Both the position numbers and the translations under genes were made by a program. Shown here piece by piece: positions 20,424-27,829 of a stretch of DNA of 64,000 nucleotides. How positions within the stretch are numbered: the stretch's first letter is position 1; every line of letters begins with the position of its first letter. The notes under the pieces are model-generated. The model was given only the letters and a program-made list of their open reading frames with translations. It had not been told where the DNA came from and made no database searches. Origin of the DNA: Candidatus Poribacteria bacterium (GTDB lineage Bacteria; Poribacteria; WGA-4E; WGA-3G); NCBI GenBank assembly GCA_965261115.1, contig OZ253447.1, positions 1,977,656 through 2,041,655 on the forward strand, read 5' to 3'.

Positions 20424-21863
20424 TTAAGGCGAAACAACAGAAACACGTGCCAGAAAAGCATTGGCTTTCTGATCGTCGGCACTCGTAGCGACCAATTTGA
20501 AGTGCCGACCTCGACTGAAATTGTGAAAAATGTGTCCGATACTACCGGGTGAAACATTCCATGCACCATCCAGTGCTGCATCAGCACCCTCTTTTGAGGG
20601 AAGTTCGGTGTCGTCATGAAACAACTCAAACGTCCCAGCCGACTCGCCTACACCTACCTGTATCTCAATGTGAAGGCTCCCACCACATTCAAACGGTGTC
20701 GTATCAATTTTAACAACTGTATCATCTGGAGTGTCAGTACTGGATGTGCCATAAACATGCAAAACCGCCATCAACGCTGTCCCCAAGCTGATCGGATTTC
20801 CATCTAATTTTGATTTTTTCCCTACACGAGTGCGTCTAGCTTCAAATGCTGCTACAGTATGCTTTAGCACCGTTAGGTATGCGTGCGACGGGTTCTTGTA
20901 AGGCAGTGCCGACTCCGGCTGATGCATAATGACCTCCGCATCCGGAGTCAACGCCAAAATATCCACAGAGTCAGTGTAATGCTGTTGCATTTTTTGAGCC
21001 ACAAGGCTCGGCATCTCGCCTTTCGCACCACTGATCAGTTCTGGCAATTCCCTGAGAAGCACCCATGTATTGACAAACTTCTCGTTGAGTGTCTCGATCA
21101 CTTCTGAATCGGAGAGCGGACCCGCCCTGAAATATTTACCGTTCGCTCAGCAAGATTCATCGTCTAAGCAGCCCCAGACAAGGATCGCATGAATCGGGCG
21201 GTGCGTTGCTTTCGCACGTTCAACTGCGCTCTCAATCGGCAGCCAGTCAATCTTCGCGAATGGGTAAAACTTCAATGCTAATGAACGGCGTGCTGCTTCC
21301 GCTGTGATAAAAGTCTCCCACGCAATTTCATCTTGGTCGGTCTCATCCGTAGCGAGGAGTTCCATACGTGGTACAAAGACCATATCTGCACCACCACAGG
21401 CGTTGATGTCAACATTGCTATTGCGTGCAGGTAGTGCCAACGAAAACGCACGAACCGTTCCTCTTTTCAGATTGACTAACACCTCTCCGACATATTGCGA
21501 TGGGATAAACTTGGCTTCGGACTCCCGTTCCCACCCCGGTTCAGCATTCTCTTGTTGCCACTCCTGATGGGCATCACTTCCCAATGTAAATTCGGCATGT
21601 ATTCGGAAAGTGATCTCTGCATAATCTGAAGAATATGCCCGTAAGCACGCATAAGCACCCTCCTCGCCGTTACCTAAATCAGCCCTTGCCCCCGGGTGAA
21701 ACTGATAAAGGAAAGGAACAATTCTATGTGGATCCAGTGCCCATACATCCCCTACTGCTACAGTTGAAGGCGGAAGAAATATCTTGAAATCTTCCGTCCT
21801 GTATTCCTTGACCGGATGGTGGCAACTTGGGTTAGATATAATACGGTGGTTACTTGGTTGCAT
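20424..21863 (-). CDS. Selenoprotein N (SELENON)-like protein, 479 aa, with in-frame TGA (Sec) at 21147-21149
   Basis: ORFs 21147..21863 and 20424..21101 are in one frame, joined by TGA plus 15 sense codons: WGCLDDESC-U-ANGKYFRAGPLSDSEVIETLNEKFVNTW. This aligns gap-free to the recalled human [45 protein letters not shown], GAxACL, NVD and PxMEL blocks are also shared. Confidence 0.88.
21106..21146 (-). promoter_or_regulatory. Bacterial-type SECIS hairpin immediately 3' of the Sec UGA
   Basis: UGA-GCGAACGGUAAAUAUUUC-AGGGCG-GGUC-CGCUCU-CCGAUUC: 6-bp upper stem, G-starting 4-nt loop 25 nt after UGA, possible lower stem GAACGG/CCG(A)UUC. Confidence 0.7.
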
Positions 21864-22899
21864 TTTCTAATTCCTTAATCCTACCCCAGAACCTTATCTG
21901 CTTCTCCGCACTCGGGGATACTGAGAGAAATTCCTCCGGCATCCACTCAAGATGACCAGGCACCAATCCTCCCGGCACCTCAATGGGTTCTCCACCGCCA
22001 ACGTCATCTGTCTTGGCAATACAGATGACTGAGTTATCAAAAATCTCATCTGCGGGAATCCGCGCCCCGCCGAGCAATCTTTCGACCAATTCTTCTGGCG
22101 TTTCAGTTAAAATATAGGCAATCCATTTTCCACGCGGAGACCAGACCGGTGAAGTGATTAATGTCCACCCTTCATACAACCGGGTGAGTTGACGCATATT
22201 TTTGCCATCTATGTCAATACTGAAAAGCGCATGTCCGCCAACAGCATCGTTCGGTGGGACAAAAGCGATCTCTTTACCATCAGGCGACCATGCACACGCA
22301 CCGGAAGATGTATCTGTGAGCTGCTTTACCCCTTTTCCTTCAGCACTCATGACAAAAATAAAGGATCCTATTTCTGCATCTTTCCTTTTTGCACTAAAGG
22401 CGATCGATTGGCTGTCTGGCGACCAAGCCGGTCTTTTGCAGCCCCCTCGGTTCGTCAGCCGCTTCACATTTGCGCCATCTGCATCTATTCTGTAGATGTC
22501 CATCTCCCCATCGCGTTCGGAGATGAATGCAATCCACTTCCCATTCGGAGACCAAGCGGGCCATATATCTCTACTCTCGTGGAACGTCAACTGACGTTCT
22601 ACATTTGTTCTCACATCCCTCACATAAATATCAGGATCCCCATCCTGATTAGAACCATGGGCAATGGAATGTGCATCAGGCGACCAACTGAAGCTCCCTA
22701 TACGTCCAGGGTCCACCATCAATTCTTGAAGGAGTTCTCCGTGGGTATCTATGAAATGGATGGAACGCGCTCCATTCCCTCTGGGGAGAAAAGAAATGAT
22801 CTCAGCCTCTGCCGCCCACCCATCGCTGACGAATAGGCTACCACTTAGCAACAACGCCATCCCTAATATCACATAGGTTCGCATGCGTTTCATACGCAT
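21850..22899 (-). CDS. Secreted TolB-like PD40-repeat beta-propeller with C-terminal SVSPSAEKQIRFWGRIK motif
   Basis: Signal peptide; repeated PAWSPxGxxIAF motifs; overlaps the next gene start by 14 nt. Confidence 0.88.
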   Translation of the reverse strand: MRMKRMRTYVILGMALLLSGSLFVSDGWAAEAEIISFLPRGNGARSIHFIDTHGELLQELMVDPGRIGSFSWSPDAHSIAHGSNQDGDPDIYVRDVRTNVERQLTFHESRDIWPAWSPNGKWIAFISERDGEMDIYRIDADGANVKRLTNRGGCKRPAWSPDSQSIAFSAKRKDAEIGSFIFVMSAEGKGVKQLTDTSSGACAWSPDGKEIAFVPPNDAVGGHALFSIDIDGKNMRQLTRLYEGWTLITSPVWSPRGKWIAYILTETPEELVERLLGGARIPADEIFDNSVICIAKTDDVGGGEPIEVPGGLVPGHLEWMPEEFLSVSPSAEKQIRFWGRIKELENATK

Positions 22900-22933
22900 A
22901 AATTCCTCCTATAATGCCAGAGTCATTTAGTTT

Positions 22934-23063
22934 TAACCCAAGTTGCCACTTGCCAAAGTCGATTCATGCGGTGTCGGCTCAAGGTTTTGAGTTAAAAGTG
23001 CTTTTGTTTATTATCGCAACAAGCATTAAACAGCTCTTTGAATAAAGGTAACAACTTGGGTTA
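22934..23063. mobile_element. MITE with TIR ACCCAAGTTG and TA flanks
   Basis: TA-ACCCAAGTTG...CAACTTGGGT-TA; a lone matching end lies at ~16687. Confidence 0.6.
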
Positions 23064-23080
23064 TATTATATCCTTCATAA

Positions 23081-23125
23081 ATTAAAGACGCGACTTTAGA
23101 ATGAAAAGCGTGCAAAATTTGAAAA
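23081..23125 (-). promoter_or_regulatory. Candidate ECF-sigma promoter motif, copy 3 (upstream of the TolB-like/SelN-like operon)
   Basis: Minus strand TTTCAAATTT-TGCA-N21-GTCTTTAAT. Confidence 0.55.
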
Positions 23126-23203
23126 ATAAAAAATCAAACCTTATAGTTCAACCCTGTTAAGAGATTGCATCTACAGTTCTCTGGTGAACAGGACACAAAA
23201 AAC

Positions 23204-23233
23204 TTGACATTTTTTTGACTTTAATTATAAGAT
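23204..23233 (+). promoter_or_regulatory. Putative sigma-70 promoter for the DUF1800 gene
   Basis: TTGACA followed 16-18 nt later by TATAAG/TAAGAT. Confidence 0.45.
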
Positions 23234-23349
23234 GTAGGCAATTTGATAGCGGTTTCTCCCAATCCAACAAAACCGAAACCGAAAACGGTATTCCATCAAC
23301 AGTTACCAACGTGAGGGCACGCCTCACAATAAACGCATCGGAGGTGAAC

Positions 23350-24738
23350 ATGTCTGCAAACGATGTTGCGTTAATGGCGCACCTCATGCGCCGCGCAGGG
23401 TTTGGAACAACCCGCACCGAACTGGAAGCCTACGTCGAAAAAGGCTACGAGAACGTAGTTGACGACCTCGTCCATCCCGAACGCGGGACCCCCATTGATG
23501 AAGATATTTTAGAACGCTATTTCGGCAGCGAGGGCGGGTATGTCGGCACTTGGATCTATCGCATGCTGAACAGCAGATGCCCACTGCAAGAGAAGATGGC
23601 ACTCTTCTGGCATCATGTCTTCGCGACAGGGTTAGGCAAAAATCAGCATATCCTTGCATCCACCAACCAGATTGATATGTTGCGCCGGGTCGGGATGGGG
23701 AAGATGCAGGACATTCTGCTTGAACTCTCCAAAGACCCAGCCATGATCTTCTGGCTCGACAACAACGAAAATCGTAAAGGTGAACCCAACGAGAATTACG
23801 GCAGAGAACTCCTTGAACTCTTTTCACTTGGTGTCGGCAACTACACAGAAGACGACATCAAGAACTGCGCACTCGCCTTTACAGGTTGGACGTTTGGACA
23901 ACCGATTCCGTTGTATCCCCACGGCTACTACACGCCACCTTTCCTGTTCGTTGAAGAGGAACATGACAACAGCGAAAAAACCTTCTTGGGGCATACCGGG
24001 AATCTCAACGGCGATGACATCATTAACATCATCGTCGAGCAACCCGCTTGCGCCAGATTTATCTCCAGACACCTTTACAACTTCTTTGTCGCTGATGAAC
24101 CGCAGGTGCCGTCATGGAACGTGACACCCCCGCAAGACCCAGACGCGATTGAGACACTCGCGAACGCATTCATAGCGTCCGACGGAGATATATCGCACGT
24201 CCTGGGTATACTCTTCAATGCCGACTTCTTTAAAGAAGCACGATTTAAGAAGGTGAAAAGCCCGACAGAACTCGTCACCGGTATTTTGAAACTGATAGGC
24301 ACATTCCAAAGTGGGCCAGAACCCGGAATGAATCAATATGCGAGTGCCACGCAATTGATGGGTCAGAAACTGCTCGATCCGCCGACTGTAGAAGGATGGC
24401 ACACCGGTAAAGAGTGGATCGATGGCGGGCTACTTACGGCGCGCGTCAACTTCGCTGTTCGCGAGGTCAGCGACGCTGCCAAACCCGGCATTCAGGACAT
24501 CATCACACGCCTGAAAAACAACGGGAACCCGCTCTCACCAGAAGCATTCGTCGAGAGTTGCCTTGAGTTTACCGGTCCGCTGTCAGTAGGAGATACCACG
24601 CGTCAGTATTTAACCGAGTTCGCGGAAGCAAACGGTGAGATCAATTTTCAAGATGATGACGCTGCAGAGGAGAACCAAGCACTGCTCATCAGTATGCTCC
24701 AACTAATCGTAGCATCCAGAGAATACCAGTTCGGCTAA
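23350..24738 (+). CDS. DUF1800 family protein
   Basis: AHLMRRAGFG, LQEKMALFWHHVF, PNENYGRELLELFSLG, PPTVEGW motifs; GGAGG RBS before ATG 23350. Confidence 0.9.
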   Translation: MSANDVALMAHLMRRAGFGTTRTELEAYVEKGYENVVDDLVHPERGTPIDEDILERYFGSEGGYVGTWIYRMLNSRCPLQEKMALFWHHVFATGLGKNQHILASTNQIDMLRRVGMGKMQDILLELSKDPAMIFWLDNNENRKGEPNENYGRELLELFSLGVGNYTEDDIKNCALAFTGWTFGQPIPLYPHGYYTPPFLFVEEEHDNSEKTFLGHTGNLNGDDIINIIVEQPACARFISRHLYNFFVADEPQVPSWNVTPPQDPDAIETLANAFIASDGDISHVLGILFNADFFKEARFKKVKSPTELVTGILKLIGTFQSGPEPGMNQYASATQLMGQKLLDPPTVEGWHTGKEWIDGGLLTARVNFAVREVSDAAKPGIQDIITRLKNNGNPLSPEAFVESCLEFTGPLSVGDTTRQYLTEFAEANGEINFQDDDAAEENQALLISMLQLIVASREYQFG

Positions 24739-24814
24739 CCTTTTTGTACAGCCTTCGGCTTTCAGCCGTCAGCGGTCAGTGTTACACCCTCGTAGGGCTG
24801 GGTCACCCAGCCCC

Positions 24815-25185
24815 ATAAGGGTCAATTTTAGAAAAAATAACCGCCTTCGCCTCAGGTCCGGTAGGTTCGGTTTCATGAAGTTTAAGAAAATAAATCGGTA
24901 ATCCCCAGGTCCGGTAGGTGCGGTTTGGAACCGCACCGGGTCTTAGGCACAACCGCTATGGTAACCTCATTGGATATTTTATGAAATTACCGAGTTAACA
25001 AATTAATCTTCATCCAACCGAACCGGATCCTACGCGGAAACCTTGAAGACTTCAAAAGCCTCCTGAATCCCGTAGGGATGGTATCTCTGTAGAAAAACGT
25101 TGGTTCAGAAACCTAAGCCCCGTAGAGGCGGCATCTACAGAGACCTGTCAAACATGTCGTGAGAAATCGCTAAATTGACGCCTAT
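24815..25185. mobile_element. MITE family 1 containing a nested family-2 element (24875..25013)
   Basis: Family-1 TIRs; flanks duplicate GGGCTGGGTCACCCAGCCCC; internal REP split by ATGAAG...CTTCAT. Confidence 0.8.
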
Positions 25186-25256
25186 GGGGCTGGGTCACCC
25201 AGCCCCTACGACCCCTGATGGCTAACTGCTGAAAGCCAATAAAAGGAGACCTTGCT

Positions 25257-26399
25257 ATGAATACGACAAAAAAAGCCCCGGTCCTCGTCGTTGTACAACT
25301 CACAGGCGGCAATGACTTCATGAACACACTCATCCCCTACACAAGCGGGATTTACCACGATTCCCGTCCAGTTGTCGGCATTAAAGCGGAAGACGTGATA
25401 CCCTTAGACGTAGACGATACGTTGGGCTGGAACCCACACGCCGCACCCCTCAAAGAGATGTTCGATGCCGGTGATGTCGCCGTTGTACAGGGGATCGGCT
25501 ACCCGGATTCAAACCGCTCACATTTCCGAGCGATGGACATCTGGCACACCTGTGAACCCCTGAAAATCGGCGATGAAGGGTGGGTCGGCAGACTCGTCCG
25601 GGAACTGGACCCGCAAAGCCAGAATGTTCTAACCTGCGTCAGTTTCGGACAGGGACTCCCGCGCGCCTGTGCACTCGCCGGCACCCCGGTTACCTCCGTC
25701 GGCGACCTGGATAACTACGGACTGATGACCAGCATCGGCGACGAAGGCCAACGCACAAAGGCACTTGACATATTCAAGAAGATGTACAGCGGCACAGTCG
25801 GCACCGGCATTGTGATGGACTATCTCAGCCAAACCGGGTTAGATGTCATCAAAGGTGCTGACGAACTCAAGAAGGCACCAGCGATGTATAATTCTGAAGT
25901 GGAGTACCCACAAAGTTCAATCGCCAAAAGCCTACGGGATGTCGCACGAGTCCACCTCGCCGATCTCGGCACACGCGTCTTTTACACACAACACGGCGGA
26001 TACGACAACCACGCCAACGAAGTCCCAGCGCACCCACGCCTCCTGAAAGATTTGACAGAGGCGATCCAAGCGTTCTTCACCGATTTACGCGCCCAGAACG
26101 CCTCTGAAGAGGTTGTCATGTACGTGTTCACAGAATTCGGCAGACGGATCCGGGACAACGCCAGCGGCACAGACCACGGTACCGGCGGCGGCGCGTTCAT
26201 CATCGGCGATCGCGTAAAAGGCGGACTCTACTCAGAATACCCGTCTCTCGATCCTGCGCGCTGGGTACACGGCGAAGACTTGGAGCACACCATCGATTTT
26301 CGTGGCATATACGGAACACTTTTAGAGCAGTGGATGGGTGTCAACCCAACCCAAATTGTCGGCGGAAACTTTGAACAAATCCATCCCTTTTCCTCTTAA
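25257..26399 (+). CDS. DUF1501 family protein (no Tat signal)
   Basis: LVVVQLTGGND, NRSHFRAMDIW, GGYDNHANE, TEFGRR..N...GTDHG motifs. Confidence 0.9.
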   Translation: MNTTKKAPVLVVVQLTGGNDFMNTLIPYTSGIYHDSRPVVGIKAEDVIPLDVDDTLGWNPHAAPLKEMFDAGDVAVVQGIGYPDSNRSHFRAMDIWHTCEPLKIGDEGWVGRLVRELDPQSQNVLTCVSFGQGLPRACALAGTPVTSVGDLDNYGLMTSIGDEGQRTKALDIFKKMYSGTVGTGIVMDYLSQTGLDVIKGADELKKAPAMYNSEVEYPQSSIAKSLRDVARVHLADLGTRVFYTQHGGYDNHANEVPAHPRLLKDLTEAIQAFFTDLRAQNASEEVVMYVFTEFGRRIRDNASGTDHGTGGGAFIIGDRVKGGLYSEYPSLDPARWVHGEDLEHTIDFRGIYGTLLEQWMGVNPTQIVGGNFEQIHPFSS

Positions 26400-26518
26400 A
26401 GTCCCCCTGATAAGGGGGATTTAGGGGGTTTTCTTCCTCTCAAAGTCCCCCTGATAAGGGGGATTTAGGGGGTTTTCTTCCTCTCAAAGTCCCCCTGATA
26501 AGGGGGATTTAGGGGGTT
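26398..26518. repeat. Three tandem copies of hairpin repeat AAAGTCCCCCTGATAAGGGGGATTTAGGGGGT
   Basis: 44-bp period; the same unit is dispersed at ~4770, 6990, 30880, 37760, 42065, 44105, 44330 and 54170. Confidence 0.9.
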
Positions 26519-26583
26519 AAAAAAGTTTGGTTTGTAGTAGTGCGATTCATCGCACTGCTTCGCAGTGAGAATAGGAGCATATT

Positions 26584-27597
26584 ATGGGCAGACCTTATGG
26601 ATTACTGCGTGCCGGGTTTCCATTTTACAAGACCCTAAGCATGCGGCGTACAACAAACTTTCCGATCGACATCGCAGTCGGAAAAGACGGACGGATATAT
26701 ATTATGTGCCGAAGCGACGGCACCGCGATGATCCGAAAATATACTGTTGATGACGAAGATCGCGGCACAATGGGCGGCTACGGACAAGGGGACGGACAAT
26801 TCACATGGCCTGTAACAATCATCCCCGACAGCGAAGAAAACCTCTATGTGTCCGATGAATTCCTGCATCGGATTGTCGCCTTTAACAGCGAAGGTGAACA
26901 TACGGGGACATGGGGAGAACACGGCACCGACCCCGGACAACTCAACGGACCCGCAGGCATCGCCTTCGATCCGGAGGAAAACCTCTACGTCGTTGACAGC
27001 CTAAGCCACCGGGTGCAGAAGTTCACAAAAGATGGCAAATTCCTCTTCGGGTGGGGCAGCTATGGCGACGGCGACGGCGAATTCAACATGCCGTGGGGTG
27101 TCGCTGTAGATGAACTCGGCGATGTCTACGTCGTAGATTGGCGGAACGACAGGGTGCAAAAATTCAATGCCGACGGTGAATTTCTCTTCGCATTCGGTAA
27201 ATCCGGCAGCGGCAACGGCGAATTCAACCGTCCCGCCGGGATTGACATTGACCTCCACGGCGATGTCTATATTGCTGACCGAGGCAACGACCGCATACAA
27301 CTCTTCAACGCCGAAGGCAGGTATGTACAGAAATTCCTCGGCGATGCCACGTTGTCGAAGGTATCACAAGCATATATGATGACAAACGCCAGTCCAAATC
27401 GGATGCGAGACATGGCAGACCTCGAACCCCAGAAATACTTACGTCAACCAAAATCCGTCGCAGTCAGTGACGACGGGTTGATGTTCGTACCAGACTTCGG
27501 ATCCTATCGGGTACAGGTCTACCAGAAGCAGGCAGTCCCGCTAACAGAGCAAGAATTTAGCCCACCCCGCAGATCCGTTACACTACATCAGGAATAA
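26584..27597 (+). CDS. NHL-repeat six-bladed beta-propeller protein
   Basis: GxGDGxFxxPxGxAxD...VYVxDxxNxRVQKF repeats. Confidence 0.9.
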   Translation: MGRPYGLLRAGFPFYKTLSMRRTTNFPIDIAVGKDGRIYIMCRSDGTAMIRKYTVDDEDRGTMGGYGQGDGQFTWPVTIIPDSEENLYVSDEFLHRIVAFNSEGEHTGTWGEHGTDPGQLNGPAGIAFDPEENLYVVDSLSHRVQKFTKDGKFLFGWGSYGDGDGEFNMPWGVAVDELGDVYVVDWRNDRVQKFNADGEFLFAFGKSGSGNGEFNRPAGIDIDLHGDVYIADRGNDRIQLFNAEGRYVQKFLGDATLSKVSQAYMMTNASPNRMRDMADLEPQKYLRQPKSVAVSDDGLMFVPDFGSYRVQVYQKQAVPLTEQEFSPPRRSVTLHQE

Positions 27598-27689
27598 GAA
27601 AGGGCGTACGCAGCCTCCCTTGCAGTCGGGGTTTGAAACCCCGACTGCAGTGCGTAGGTCCTGTAGCATTTAGGCGAATACGAAAATGT

Positions 27690-27730
27690 AAAAAGCCGAG
27701 CGAACGGATAGCCGAACGCTCGGCTTTTTT
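27690..27730. terminator. Intrinsic, probably bidirectional, terminator
   Basis: AAAAAGCCGAGCG-loop-CGCTCGGCTTTTTT. Confidence 0.7.
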
Positions 27731-27829
27731 GTATATCAGATGATGAAATTGATTGTTTAAGTCAACTAAAAATCTTAAGTTTACGTTAAACCATTATGTC
27801 AGCACACTAAACCGAGGTCAAAAAAATAC

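Noticed and set aside
20424-21101. Stand-alone 225-aa gene starting at GTG 21101
   Set aside because: Better explained as the post-Sec half of the SelN-like gene; homology continues through the 15 upstream codons.
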